From a virus (Duplodnaviria; Caudoviricetes), in the IMG/VR virus record IMGVR_UViG_3300034056_000017, positions 1 through 58,904 of that record: a stretch of 58,904 nucleotides of DNA, one strand, 5' to 3'. Positions 36,105 to 45,091 of this stretch are shown one piece after another; position 1 is the stretch's first letter, and the number at the start of each line of letters is the position of its first letter. The position numbers and the translations under genes were made by a program. The notes beneath the pieces are model-generated. The model was not told the DNA's origin. It did no database searches and saw nothing but the letters and a program-made list of their open reading frames with translations.

Positions 36105-36353
36105 ATGAACGCCAAGGTTCGCTGGAACAACCTGATGAAGAAGGCCAACGCCGCCGACTGCGGCGGGTCCAAAGGGTTCGACCGTCCCTACCTCGCCATG
36201 GAGTCCGCCGGGGAGAACGCTCTCGACAGCGGTCACGCCTGGGGAACTAAAGAGTGGTTCGTCTGCGCACTCGGGTCGATCTCCTCGACCTCCTGGTTCT
36301 GCGAGAACGCGGATTGCCGCGAGTGGTTCAAACGCAACGGTTACGAGTGGTAA
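36105..36353 (+). CDS. Early hypothetical protein
   Basis: First ORF after P1; RBS present. Confidence 0.7.
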   Translation: MNAKVRWNNLMKKANAADCGGSKGFDRPYLAMESAGENALDSGHAWGTKEWFVCALGSISSTSWFCENADCREWFKRNGYEW

Positions 36354-36365
36354 AGGAGCCTGACC

Positions 36366-36452
36366 ATGAGAATCCAGATCTACTTCAAAACCTACGGCAT
36401 CTTCCTCTACACCGCCACCACCTGCTACACCTTCTCGAGCCTGGAGGGCTGA
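36366..36452 (+). CDS. 28-aa early peptide
   Basis: AAGGAG RBS; MRIQIYFKTYGIFLYTATTCYTFSSLEG. Confidence 0.45.
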   Translation: MRIQIYFKTYGIFLYTATTCYTFSSLEG

Positions 36453-36456
36453 CACC

Positions 36457-36750
36457 ATGAAAGCAATCTACTTCAAGAATGGCCGCGTGCGGATCAAGCC
36501 GGTCACCGACGCTGACTTCATGTCCATTGTCTATGTGCCGGAGATCCTCTCGGTGCCCTGCGGCCGGTACGCCGAGAAGCCGACGCTGGTCTACAAGAAC
36601 CCGGCCATTGGCAAGGTTGACTGCGGTGTGTTCAACAGCTCCGACGAGGCGCTCACCTGGCTGATCGACAACAACTACCTGCTGGCCAGCGACACGCCGA
36701 CCCGCGGTGACATGTTCCCGGTCCTGCCTGAGATCGTCATCAACTTCTGA
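36457..36750 (+). CDS. Early hypothetical protein
   Basis: GGAGG RBS; high-GC3 codons. Confidence 0.7.
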   Translation: MKAIYFKNGRVRIKPVTDADFMSIVYVPEILSVPCGRYAEKPTLVYKNPAIGKVDCGVFNSSDEALTWLIDNNYLLASDTPTRGDMFPVLPEIVINF

Positions 36751-36763
36751 AAGGAGCAACGCC

Positions 36764-37072
36764 ATGTCCGCAGACCTTCAGATCGCCCAGACCGTCCTGC
36801 AGCAGCTCGGCGGCGCGGGTAAGCTCCGCGCCATGATCGGTGCCTCTGGCTTCGTCGCCATCGAGAACGGTGTCCAGTTCAGCTTCAAGGGCTGCCGCGC
36901 GGTCAACAAGGTGGTCATCATCCTGACACCCTGGGATCTCTACGACATCACCTTCTACAAGTATAGCCCGAGCAAGTTCACCTGTAAGCCGAGCGCCCCC
37001 ATCGTCCAAGTCTCCTGCGACCAGCTCCAGCGCGTCTTCGAGGGCGCCACCGGGCTCTACCTCTCGCTGTGA
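36764..37072 (+). CDS. Conserved phage early protein
   Basis: IAQTVLQQLGG...MIGA...DLYDITF...FEGATGLYLSL; AAGGAG RBS. Confidence 0.75.
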   Translation: MSADLQIAQTVLQQLGGAGKLRAMIGASGFVAIENGVQFSFKGCRAVNKVVIILTPWDLYDITFYKYSPSKFTCKPSAPIVQVSCDQLQRVFEGATGLYLSL

Positions 37073-37081
37073 AATAAAGTA

Positions 37082-37110
37082 TTGACACCCATACAATGCG
37101 TATGTATAGT
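37082..37110 (+). promoter_or_regulatory. Early sigma70 promoter P2 with CATAC-N5-GTATG palindrome
   Basis: TTGACA-N17-TATAGT. Confidence 0.85.
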
Positions 37111-37132
37111 GATCATGCAAGGAGGTGACGAG

Positions 37133-37285
37133 ATGAAAGGCAAGAAAGTGAAAATCCTCGAGGGCATCAACGCCGGCGCGATCGGTGAGGTCATCTACGA
37201 GGACAACGAAGCGGTGGCCATCGCGTCACCGGATGGCTACTGGGGCTTGCTCTACGAACGCAAAGACAACGTGAAGGAGATCTGA
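37133..37285 (+). CDS. Small KOW/SH3-like protein
   Basis: GKKVKILEGINAGAIGEVI; AAGGAGGTGA RBS. Confidence 0.6.
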   Translation: MKGKKVKILEGINAGAIGEVIYEDNEAVAIASPDGYWGLLYERKDNVKEI

Positions 37286-37286
37286 C

Positions 37287-37595
37287 ATGACCACCTACAA
37301 CGCCACCACCCTCAACGCCATCGCCCCGATCCTCGAGGAAGCACGCAAGCTCTGGGCCGAGCGCATCGCCGAGTACGTCAAGCTCCATGGAGACGTCGGC
37401 TCCTGCGTCCTGGGCGCCGGCATCACCGTCAGCTACCTCGCCAAGGGGAAGCGCAAGCCGGTCCGCCGCCTGGTGATCTACCCGCCGACCCACGTCCAGG
37501 GCAGCTGCACCTGGGAAGCCAGTCAGAAGGAGATCGTGCAGTTCCTCCGTGATCGCGGTGTCGACGCCAGCTTCGCCTACGGCAACATGGACTAA
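37287..37595 (+). CDS. Early hypothetical protein
   Basis: RBS; operon packing. Confidence 0.7.
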   Translation: MTTYNATTLNAIAPILEEARKLWAERIAEYVKLHGDVGSCVLGAGITVSYLAKGKRKPVRRLVIYPPTHVQGSCTWEASQKEIVQFLRDRGVDASFAYGNMD

Positions 37596-37601
37596 AGGAG
37601 A

Positions 37602-37868
37602 ATGACCATGCTCACACGCCACTTCTACGAAGACGCCGGCCACGGCTGGCTCGCCGTCAAGCGCACCGAGCTGATCGCGCTGGGCATCCTGGACCAGATC
37701 ACCGGCTACAGCTACCAGCGCGGTGGCACGGTCTACCTGGAGGAAGACTGCGATGCAGCCACCTACATCAACGCGGTCGGCCGGGAGAACCTGACCATCG
37801 TGAGCAGCAGGGCTCGCTGTCACCGTGAGTGGTCCCCGATCCGCTACTACAAAAGATTCTCAAAATAA
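37602..37868 (+). CDS. Conserved phage/plasmid early protein
   Basis: FYEDAGHGWLAV...SY...VYLEEDCDA motif. Confidence 0.7.
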   Translation: MTMLTRHFYEDAGHGWLAVKRTELIALGILDQITGYSYQRGGTVYLEEDCDAATYINAVGRENLTIVSSRARCHREWSPIRYYKRFSK

Positions 37869-37872
37869 TGTA

Positions 37873-37901
37873 TTGACAGTCATACAGTTCTAGTCTAGAG
37901 T
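37873..37901 (+). promoter_or_regulatory. Early sigma70 promoter P3 (CATAC half-site only)
   Basis: TTGACA-N17-TAGAGT; shares TATTGACAGTCATAC with P1. Confidence 0.8.
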
Positions 37902-37936
37902 GAACTTGAAGCCAACCCCAACCAAGGAGACCCGCC

Positions 37937-38218
37937 ATGACCACCATCGCCCCTGAGAAAGCCCTGGACCTGCTGCGCTCGTTCCACGGTCACATCTTCG
38001 CCGCCGACTTCATCAAGAAGGACGGCACCGTCCGTCGTATGGTAGCCCGCATGGGTGTCCGCAAGGCCAAAGGGACCGGCACCTACAGTCACACGGCCTG
38101 CTTGACTCGCGCAAATGCGACCGTCTTCGACATGGCCCTCGGTGAGTACCGCGCCATCCCCCTCGACCGCGTCCTGGCCATCCGCCATGCTGGCGAGACT
38201 TACATCATCGGGGGCTAA
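37937..38218 (+). CDS. SH3-barrel/WYL-like small phage protein
   Basis: FIKKDGTVRRM...VFDM...YRAIPL pattern. Confidence 0.6.
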   Translation: MTTIAPEKALDLLRSFHGHIFAADFIKKDGTVRRMVARMGVRKAKGTGTYSHTACLTRANATVFDMALGEYRAIPLDRVLAIRHAGETYIIGG

Positions 38219-38219
38219 G

Positions 38220-38471
38220 ATGACCGTTCTCCAGCTGGTTCGACCCATCATCCGCGCAGCACAGAAGGAGTGTCGCATCCCGGTGAGTGATATCCGATTG
38301 ACGACACACTACGTCGGCAATGGTCGAGTGTTCGTAAACTACCGCGGATATAAAACCGTCGTGTTTACTGACATGGTGAAGAAGGTCTGTGCTGACCAGC
38401 GGTGGGGTTACGAGTGTCAATCGTACCACAATGACTTCGCCATCATCACTGTCAAGGAGTTCACCCAATGA
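38220..38471 (+). CDS. Hypothetical protein
   Basis: Operon packing. Confidence 0.5.
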   Translation: MTVLQLVRPIIRAAQKECRIPVSDIRLTTHYVGNGRVFVNYRGYKTVVFTDMVKKVCADQRWGYECQSYHNDFAIITVKEFTQ

Positions 38472-38659
38472 GCCAACGAATCAAGAAGATCCTGATGGAG
38501 CGTGACGGCCTGTCCTCGGTGGAGGCAAGCGACCTGATCCGCGAGACCCGCACCGCGGTGGCTGAGGCCATCGACGCTGGCTGCCTGGACGACGCTGAAG
38601 AGGTCGTGCAGGACATGCTCGGCCTCGAGCCTGACTACCTCGACGACTTCCTGTACTGA
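38468..38659 (+). CDS. Small acidic conserved phage protein
   Basis: ILMERDGLS...LGLEPDYL. Confidence 0.65.
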   Translation: MSQRIKKILMERDGLSSVEASDLIRETRTAVAEAIDAGCLDDAEEVVQDMLGLEPDYLDDFLY

Positions 38660-38660
38660 T

Positions 38661-39506
38661 ATGAACCTCCACCGTAACCTATCAATGCGCGATGCGATCG
38701 CCTACGCCCGTGAGCTGGGTGCCACCGTCACCAACGACAGCGAGGTGATCTTCACCTACCCTGGTATGCCCATGGCCCGGCGCGCGTGCAGCAAGACCGA
38801 CGCCGGTCCCCACACTATCAAGTGGCTCAAGCGGCTCGACAACCTGGTCCACCCGCCCGTGTCCACCACAACTGTCCTGGAGGACGACCCCATGCCCGTC
38901 ATCAAACCCCTTGACCTCGAGCAGCACATGCCCCTGGCCCCGCTCGTCGCGGACATCCTGCAGCTGATGTTCGCCGGCCCGGCCACGATCTCTCAGATCG
39001 TCCACAACCTGTGCGACGAGGAGCGTCCGTCGAAGGTGGTCGAACCCGTGTTCCTGTGCATGCGCAACAGTGGCCTGGCCGTGGCCGATGGGCTCGCCCC
39101 GCGCACCGGCAACGGGCGGCGCGCCACCTACTGGCGAGCGAGCACCGGCGGCCGCGCCTGGTACGACCAGTATAATATCATGCAGCGTAAAGGCGAGCTG
39201 AAGGCGGCCGAGCCGCTCCCGGTGCCCGAGCAGCCTGAGCTGCCGATGGTGCAGTCTCCCCCGCCGCTGCCCCCGGTGATCGTACCTCCGCCGCCCCCGC
39301 AGCCGCCGATCACCGGTAAGGATGCGACCATCCATGACAAGCTGATCCGCATCGCGTCCGAGCTGGCCGCGGTAACCTTCGAGTTCGCTGAGGTCCATCG
39401 GATCAACAAGAAGCTGGTCGAACGTAACAACCACCTGGAGGCCCGTCTCAAAGAGGTTGAGGCGCTGGCCGATCTGTTCAACACCGCACTCGGTAAGGAG
39501 AGCTAA
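38661..39506 (+). CDS. Putative DNA-binding regulator (wHTH-like core, Pro-rich linker, coiled coil)
   Basis: GPATISQIV...GRRATYWR pattern. Confidence 0.55.
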   Translation: MNLHRNLSMRDAIAYARELGATVTNDSEVIFTYPGMPMARRACSKTDAGPHTIKWLKRLDNLVHPPVSTTTVLEDDPMPVIKPLDLEQHMPLAPLVADILQLMFAGPATISQIVHNLCDEERPSKVVEPVFLCMRNSGLAVADGLAPRTGNGRRATYWRASTGGRAWYDQYNIMQRKGELKAAEPLPVPEQPELPMVQSPPPLPPVIVPPPPPQPPITGKDATIHDKLIRIASELAAVTFEFAEVHRINKKLVERNNHLEARLKEVEALADLFNTALGKES

Positions 39507-39507
39507 G

Positions 39508-39789
39508 ATGAGTGAGCCTAACGTGGACCAAGAGAAAACGATCGCGCTGCTGGAGAAGACCATTGAGCTGATCCGCGGCACCACCGACTCCGTCCCGCAC
39601 TTCTGCTTCGTGGTGGTCGAGACCGACATCGGTGTTACCAGCAACATGCCGGCCGATATGGTCGGAGAGCTGCTGCGCAACCTGTTCCAGCACTTCCCCG
39701 CCCTGTTCCACGCCACCATGATGGCGATGGTCGCCTCCGGCGCGGTGCAGCTGGACGGTGTGTATGACGCGCCGGAGGGGCTGCAGTGA
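39508..39789 (+). CDS. Hypothetical protein
   Basis: AAGGAG RBS. Confidence 0.6.
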   Translation: MSEPNVDQEKTIALLEKTIELIRGTTDSVPHFCFVVVETDIGVTSNMPADMVGELLRNLFQHFPALFHATMMAMVASGAVQLDGVYDAPEGLQ

Positions 39790-40304
39790 GGTATCGTCTC
39801 CTGCTCCTCTCCATCATCCTCGCCCTCTGGGCGCTGCCGGCCGCCTTGGTCTGGCAGCACCTGGACCATCAGAGGGCCATCCTGCAGGTGCAGCTGGACA
39901 TCGCCAACACGTCCCTTGAGTTCGACGCTGCGATCCTCTCCGTCGTCTTCGGTGAGCCCTGGGACCGCGACCGGCTGCGCACCGCGGACGGCGTCACTCT
40001 GTCGGCTTACAGCTCGACCAGGGCGCAGTGTGACAGCACCCCGCATGAGACGGCCAGCGGCAGCACGGTGTCGACCAACTGTGCCGCCACCTCGAGAGAC
40101 CTACCGATCCCGTTCGACAAGGTGATCCTGGTCCCCGGCGTCGGCACTGTGCGCAACGAGGACACCATGGGGCGGTACAAGACGATCCGTGGACAGCGTG
40201 TCCCCATCAAGAAGAGCGTCGACCTGTGGATGCCCGATACCAAGGCGGCCAGGGCGTTTGGGGTCAGCGAGAACCGGACGATTATGTGGCTGGAGGAGAA
40301 GTGA
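39786..40304 (+). CDS. Membrane-anchored 3D-domain (cell-wall glycosidase-like) protein
   Basis: N-terminal TM; LSAYS...TASG...AATSRDL...EDTMG...VDLWM. Confidence 0.75.
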   Translation: MRYRLLLLSIILALWALPAALVWQHLDHQRAILQVQLDIANTSLEFDAAILSVVFGEPWDRDRLRTADGVTLSAYSSTRAQCDSTPHETASGSTVSTNCAATSRDLPIPFDKVILVPGVGTVRNEDTMGRYKTIRGQRVPIKKSVDLWMPDTKAARAFGVSENRTIMWLEEK

Positions 40305-40305
40305 T

Positions 40306-40779
40306 ATGACGATCGAGTGTTACGAATCCTATTGTCCGTTCCACCCAAAGGACGAACCGTTCTGCCAGGAGCAGGAGTGTCGCTGCCGCGGGTGGTTCGA
40401 GAAGCTCTCCCAACTCCGTGCTGAACTCGCTGCGGCGAAGGAGAAGAACGAATCTTACAGACAACTTCTGGATGTACGGGACAAACAACTCGCTGCGGCG
40501 AGGGAGGATAACAAAATACTCGCCAACGGCACCATTGAAACGGCAAAGGCCATGCGCTATACGGCAGGAATTGCAGAACGTGGGCTTGGCGAACAATGGG
40601 CGGATACGGACGAAGGGCTAGGTCAATTCGTGCTGCGTTACGTCAAGCAACTCGAAGCCGACAACGCCGCGTTGAGGAAGATAGTAGCAGCATACCAACT
40701 GTTAGCATCAGGCGATAGTGAAGCCATGAACCTAGTTGTTGATGCCCTGCTAGCCTACGAGGAAGGGAAGGTGGAGTGA
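40306..40779 (+). CDS. Coiled-coil mosaic protein
   Basis: Shares an 86-bp block with the next gene. Confidence 0.65.
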   Translation: MTIECYESYCPFHPKDEPFCQEQECRCRGWFEKLSQLRAELAAAKEKNESYRQLLDVRDKQLAAAREDNKILANGTIETAKAMRYTAGIAERGLGEQWADTDEGLGQFVLRYVKQLEADNAALRKIVAAYQLLASGDSEAMNLVVDALLAYEEGKVE

Positions 40780-41104
40780 TGTGCCAATCTGAACAGTGCC
40801 AAAATGAACGCGATTACCTTGTGGCGCAGAATAAAGAACTCCGCGAAGAACTTCTCCACGAGCAGCGTAAGCGCGATGACCTGCAGCACAGGATCGATGG
40901 TCTGTGCATGGACAACGCCCAACTCCGCGCTGAACTCACAAGGCTAAATGGGCTCGCCCAACATCTTGTCCGTGAGCCTGAAATGACAGCGGCCAAGGCG
41001 CTTATCAGACAGAGTGAAGAACTCGCTGCGGCGAGGGAGAAGAACGAATTTTACAGACAACTTCTGGATGTACGGGACAAACAACTCGCTGCGGCGAGGG
41101 GGGA
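40423..41104 (+). repeat. 86-bp direct repeat (40423-40508 and 41019-41104, 3 mismatches)
   Basis: Both copies encode ELAAA(K/R)EKNE(S/F)YRQLLDVRDKQLAAAR. Confidence 0.95.
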
Positions 41105-41330
41105 GATAACGACACTCCGAGACATGGCATCGTCAGTACAAATCGGCGGCGAGAGTTACCAGTTTCACTTTTTGGCGGTTGCCGAGGATGAGAGAGATGA
41201 TGCTATTGCCCGTGCCGAGAGAGCAGAAGACGACAACGCCGCGTTGAGGAGACGGCTCAAGGCTGCGGAGGAAGAGATCGCGCAACTCACAAAACAACTC
41301 AATACGGCGCTTGATGATCATGCTTTTTAA
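40776..41330 (+). CDS. Coiled-coil mosaic protein
   Basis: Heptad-rich; carries the shared repeat. Confidence 0.65.
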   Translation: MMCQSEQCQNERDYLVAQNKELREELLHEQRKRDDLQHRIDGLCMDNAQLRAELTRLNGLAQHLVREPEMTAAKALIRQSEELAAAREKNEFYRQLLDVRDKQLAAARGEITTLRDMASSVQIGGESYQFHFLAVAEDERDDAIARAERAEDDNAALRRRLKAAEEEIAQLTKQLNTALDDHAF

Positions 41331-41361
41331 CCCAAGTACGCAGCGCTGAAAGGAGAGTGAT

Positions 41362-41583
41362 ATGAGACACGAATTTGACAAACAGGTACAAAGTAACATT
41401 GAACAGATGTTGTCCGATAAAGAGCAGCGCGACAAAGATAAGTTACGCGACCATTTCGCAGGGCTGGCGATGCAGGGAATGCTTGTTGGCATTGGTGATT
41501 GGGATGACGAGAAGATAGCGTTCCTTTCATATAACATGGCCGACTCTATGCTGGCCGAGAAAGCGAGGAGAGATGACGTTTGA
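41362..41583 (+). CDS. Conserved small phage protein (LRDxFAxxAMQG family)
   Basis: LRDHFAGLAMQGML...SYNMADSMLAE. Confidence 0.75.
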   Translation: MRHEFDKQVQSNIEQMLSDKEQRDKDKLRDHFAGLAMQGMLVGIGDWDDEKIAFLSYNMADSMLAEKARRDDV

Positions 41584-41782
41584 GGAGTTTTGGACAGACC
41601 GACTAGCACAGAAAGCATTTCTCGCCAACAGCGTTTACGAAGCTGATTTCCGCATGTTCTGGAACGCCGCCTACCGCGAAGGGATGATGCGAGGGGCTGC
41701 TATCTGTGATCGATTGGATAAGATGGATTCGTGGCTTGCTGCTCAAGAGATTAGATCGGAGGCAAACAATGAGCAAGGCTGA
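41573..41782 (+). CDS. Hypothetical protein
   Basis: MTFEEFW...; GAGGAG RBS. Confidence 0.6.
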   Translation: MTFEEFWTDRLAQKAFLANSVYEADFRMFWNAAYREGMMRGAAICDRLDKMDSWLAAQEIRSEANNEQG

Positions 41783-41987
41783 CGAAGCGTGGGAGAAACA
41801 CGCAGACGAAATGGAGTTCACAGATTTAGATTATCCACTAGCCAAGCGAGACTTCCTCGCCGGTTACTCTGCCTGCAACAAGGACGCTGCGGAGGTGGCG
41901 AGAGAACAGATGGAACGTGAAGAATACGGACACGCGAAACATGCTTGCGGAGAGATTGTAGATACTATCGAAAGGCTGCTGGAATGA
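41769..41987 (+). CDS. Hypothetical protein
   Basis: GGAGG RBS; start ATG 41769. Confidence 0.6.
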   Translation: MSKADEAWEKHADEMEFTDLDYPLAKRDFLAGYSACNKDAAEVAREQMEREEYGHAKHACGEIVDTIERLLE

Positions 41988-42172
41988 GAATAACTAGCAT
42001 GAAAACCTCTGATCTGGACGATGCCGTTAAAGCTTTGATCATGGGGCTTACAACTGACGGAGCGCACCACAAACAATACTATCTTGAGCAGGCGCTACTT
42101 GCCCTGACAGAAGAGGCGTGGCTAGAACATGCACGAACTGAGTTCCAATGGGAGAAGGGAATCCCGTCATGA
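41984..42172 (+). CDS. Small conserved phage protein (DGAHHKQ motif)
   Basis: TDGAHHKQYYLEQ...WEKGIP. Confidence 0.65.
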   Translation: MRITSMKTSDLDDAVKALIMGLTTDGAHHKQYYLEQALLALTEEAWLEHARTEFQWEKGIPS

Positions 42173-42357
42173 GAACCGTATGCTGGAACGAACAGGACGA
42201 GTCGGGGAATGATGTTGTGATTGAACGAACAGAAGATTGGTGTATCAGAGAGCAGAAGATATTGGCTATCCATCGTGGGATTGAGTTTGAATCAGACGAA
42301 GCAGCCATACAAGACTTCATGACCGTCCACTGGGCGTGGTTTAAGGAGGAGCCATGA
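42169..42357 (+). CDS. Hypothetical protein
   Basis: ATGA coupling. Confidence 0.55.
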   Translation: MRTVCWNEQDESGNDVVIERTEDWCIREQKILAIHRGIEFESDEAAIQDFMTVHWAWFKEEP

Positions 42358-42626
42358 GCCGCAAATGCAAAGCCTATAGCGAGTTCTCAAGAGACAACCC
42401 GCAGCACCAGAACCCATTGAGCAAGGAAGCGTTTGCTGCTGGGTGGGAGGCTGCTAAAGACGCTTACACCAAAGACCACAACAACCAGGAGCAAGAATCA
42501 GAGGTTAAGTTTATAGGTATCACCGACGGCTTCGGCTCCTACTGGTCTAAAACATGCCCACAGTGCGGGAAGGATAGCATGGAGGTAGTTCGACCGGGTT
42601 CTTGTCAATGTAAGGAGTGCGGATGA
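42354..42626 (+). CDS. Hypothetical protein with C-terminal Zn ribbon
   Basis: CPQCG...VVRPGSCQCKECG. Confidence 0.6.
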   Translation: MSRKCKAYSEFSRDNPQHQNPLSKEAFAAGWEAAKDAYTKDHNNQEQESEVKFIGITDGFGSYWSKTCPQCGKDSMEVVRPGSCQCKECG

Positions 42627-42796
42627 TGTGGAGATCAATAGGATGGGTCATCGGTGCTTTTACTTGTTTCATGATTTCAGCAATGCTTCATGATTATTGC
42701 GACAAGACACTGGCAATTGTGGTTGTGCCACAGGTGTTCTTCATCTTTGCTGGTGTTCTGATGCTTACTGCTGCCCTGATGGAGCATCACATATGA
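42623..42796 (+). CDS. Small two-TM membrane protein
   Basis: Manual translation MMWRSIGWVIGAFTCFMISAML...VVVPQVFFIFAGVLMLTAALMEHHI; AAGGAG RBS. Confidence 0.5.
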   Translation: MMWRSIGWVIGAFTCFMISAMLHDYCDKTLAIVVVPQVFFIFAGVLMLTAALMEHHI

Positions 42797-42948
42797 AATG
42801 CGCCTCATCTTGGTACGTGTGCACCTGCGGCCACCCGCTAGAGGACTTTACCTATCTGACGAATCAACCGGACGGATCAGCGCAGGAGTGGTTGCGGCTG
42901 ACCTGTCATAACTGCGGAAAGAGGTGGGAGGTGAGGAAAGATGTTTGA
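42793..42948 (+). CDS. Small Zn-ribbon protein
   Basis: CTCG...CHNCG. Confidence 0.5.
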   Translation: MKCASSWYVCTCGHPLEDFTYLTNQPDGSAQEWLRLTCHNCGKRWEVRKDV

Positions 42949-43225
42949 ACAGCGCCGATTCGGAAAATTCAGAATAGGGAATCTAAGAACGCTAAAACCG
43001 GAAGATGTTATATCCGATGTCTTTAGCAAGGTCTTTATCACTCGGTGCGAATACCTTATTGCTGAGGACTGCTTTGAATACACGGCATTCAGCAAGTATT
43101 TTCTGCCCGTAGATGAGGCTTGTATCATCCCTGAGTACGCTATTGAGATAACGCGCAAAGGGCATAAAAGCAGAGTTAGATTTATCATGATTGAAGGAAA
43201 CTATTGGAGCCGCGAGTGCGGCTGA
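42941..43225 (+). CDS. Hypothetical protein
   Basis: GAGG RBS; operon packing. Confidence 0.6.
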   Translation: MFEQRRFGKFRIGNLRTLKPEDVISDVFSKVFITRCEYLIAEDCFEYTAFSKYFLPVDEACIIPEYAIEITRKGHKSRVRFIMIEGNYWSRECG

Positions 43226-43236
43226 AGGGATGAGAG

Positions 43237-43422
43237 ATGATGGAAATATTTAGTGTACTCTTCATTGGTGTATTGCTCGGATTCTACCTCGGCACCAAGG
43301 CTGAACGTAACTCATGGGTCATCAGAGCGAATGGGCCGACTGCTCACTTCGCCGACGGGACGTTCTACTGGATCACAATCGAGCCGACACATACGCACAC
43401 GGTCAATACTAATGGCAACTGA
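43237..43422 (+). CDS. Small membrane protein
   Basis: N-terminal TM helix. Confidence 0.5.
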   Translation: MMEIFSVLFIGVLLGFYLGTKAERNSWVIRANGPTAHFADGTFYWITIEPTHTHTVNTNGN

Positions 43423-43544
43423 CCCCGCACGCACCAAGCCGCGCACGCGCAAGGAGATTCAGGACCAGTGCAGACAGCAACCGTGCTGGCCTGCGGAGAA
43501 GGGTAAACCGCCGTGTGTATTCTGCTGCAACGAAAGGAGAAACG

Positions 43545-43778
43545 ATGGCCCTGACCAACAGGCAGAAGTGTCTAAGACGCCTGCTGCTGAATGACTGGAT
43601 GCTGGTGGAGGGAGCCGGGCAACGGTTCTACCTCACCCATGAGACCCTGAAGCAGATCCCACCCGGCTTTGAATGGGTGGACTACAAGACCGTCAACGCG
43701 CTGTACCGCAAGGGACTGCTGCGGCAGATCAACTCTAACACCTGGAAATGGAGGCTCAACCGTGCTGATTGGATGTGA
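43545..43778 (+). CDS. Hypothetical protein
   Basis: AAGGAG RBS, ATG 43545. Confidence 0.6.
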   Translation: MALTNRQKCLRRLLLNDWMLVEGAGQRFYLTHETLKQIPPGFEWVDYKTVNALYRKGLLRQINSNTWKWRLNRADWM

Positions 43779-44322
43779 CGAGGTGTGGAGACCTGTTCCG
43801 TCGTTCCCCCATCACTACGAGGTCAGCAGCCGTGGGAGGGTCAGGTCTTTGTCGAGAGTGGCGAGAAATGGGAAAGGTTATAAGGAGTACCCAGGTAAAA
43901 TCATTAAACCAGACACTGTGCGAGGTTACAAAAGGGTGTCGATGAGCGTATCCGGTAAGGTGTTTCGCAGAACTGTTCATTCGTTGGTCATGGAAGTGTT
44001 CGCCGGTGCGTGTCCAATCGGTCACCAGGTTGCTCATAATGACGGTGATAGGGCTAACAACAACTTGGATAACCTCAGATACGCAACCGTTAGTCAAAAC
44101 CATCTTGATAAGCGAGATCATGGGACAATGAGCAGAGGTGAAACTAACGGACGTTCCAAACTTACCAAGGATCAGGTGTTGTTCATAAGGCGTCACACGG
44201 AACTGTCATCTAGAGCACTGGCTAAGATGTTTGGCATTACTCACACAAACGTCAACTATATCAGACGCCGCGTGGCGTGGTGTCACTTACTAGAGGAGGA
44301 AATATGTGCATCATTGGTTTGA
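43762..44322 (+). CDS. NUMOD4-HNH homing endonuclease
   Basis: EVWRPVP...YEVSSRGRVRSL (NUMOD4); VHSLVMEVF...VAHNDGDRANNNLDNLRY (HNH). Confidence 0.9.
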   Translation: MLIGCDEVWRPVPSFPHHYEVSSRGRVRSLSRVARNGKGYKEYPGKIIKPDTVRGYKRVSMSVSGKVFRRTVHSLVMEVFAGACPIGHQVAHNDGDRANNNLDNLRYATVSQNHLDKRDHGTMSRGETNGRSKLTKDQVLFIRRHTELSSRALAKMFGITHTNVNYIRRRVAWCHLLEEEICASLV

Positions 44323-44843
44323 GCGGTAAAGCAGGCACCGGTAAGACGACCACTGCTGACCTGCTGGCGTCGATGTGCGACGGGCAGGTCACCTCGTTCG
44401 CCAACGCCCTGCGTGACGAGGTGAGCGACCTCTTCCACATCCCCGTCGACTGCCTGCGCGACAGCTCGTTCAAGGCCATGTCGCAGGTGCCCGTCGGCTA
44501 CCGCTTCCTGTCGGCCAGGGAGCTGCTGCAGTGGTGGGGAGCCCTGCGTCGTGAGTTCAACCCGGACTACTGGGTGGACCAGGTGATTGGGACAGCGGAT
44601 CAGGATCTGCTGATCATCGACGACGTGCGCTACCGCAACGAGGCCGACGCCATCAAGGCAGCCGGCGGCCTGCTCTTCCGCCTCGAGCCGCACGACCAGT
44701 GGCGCCCGGGCGTTGGCGCCGAGCACATCAGCGAGACCGACCTAGACAACTACATGTTCTTCGACAAGATCTACCGGCCGGCACGGGGTCTCGCGCACCT
44801 GACCTGGGTGTGCCGCGACATCGTGGGGAGGATACAGCAATGA
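44304..44843 (+). CDS. Deoxynucleoside monophosphate kinase
   Basis: IIGLSGKAGTGKTT, SFANALR, RELLQWWG, IIDDVRYRNE, HISE. Confidence 0.88.
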   Translation: MCIIGLSGKAGTGKTTTADLLASMCDGQVTSFANALRDEVSDLFHIPVDCLRDSSFKAMSQVPVGYRFLSARELLQWWGALRREFNPDYWVDQVIGTADQDLLIIDDVRYRNEADAIKAAGGLLFRLEPHDQWRPGVGAEHISETDLDNYMFFDKIYRPARGLAHLTWVCRDIVGRIQQ

Positions 44844-45091
44844 TCGACAGACTCATGGAAAGTCTTCTCTGCGGTGTGGTCCTGGCGCTCCTGATCCTGC
44901 TCTCGTTTTTCCTGTACGAGCTGGTCTTCGAGACCACCGCCACCGATAACATCGCCACCGATAACATCGTCCTGATGCCGTGCGAGTGGGACTGCACCGA
45001 CACCCGCACCGTCAGCTACACCACCATGGCCGGCAAGGTTCCGGTCCTTCAGACGCGCAACGAGTGCGTCGAGTGGAGGAGGAAGCAATGA
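44840..45091 (+). CDS. Small membrane-anchored protein
   Basis: TM helix; 15-bp tandem duplication at 44939-44968 (ATDNI x2). Confidence 0.55.
   Translation: MIDRLMESLLCGVVLALLILLSFFLYELVFETTATDNIATDNIVLMPCEWDCTDTRTVSYTTMAGKVPVLQTRNECVEWRRKQ

Noticed and set aside
44939-44968. 15-bp tandem duplication
   Set aside because: Simple in-frame slippage (ATDNI x2) with no sign of a larger system.
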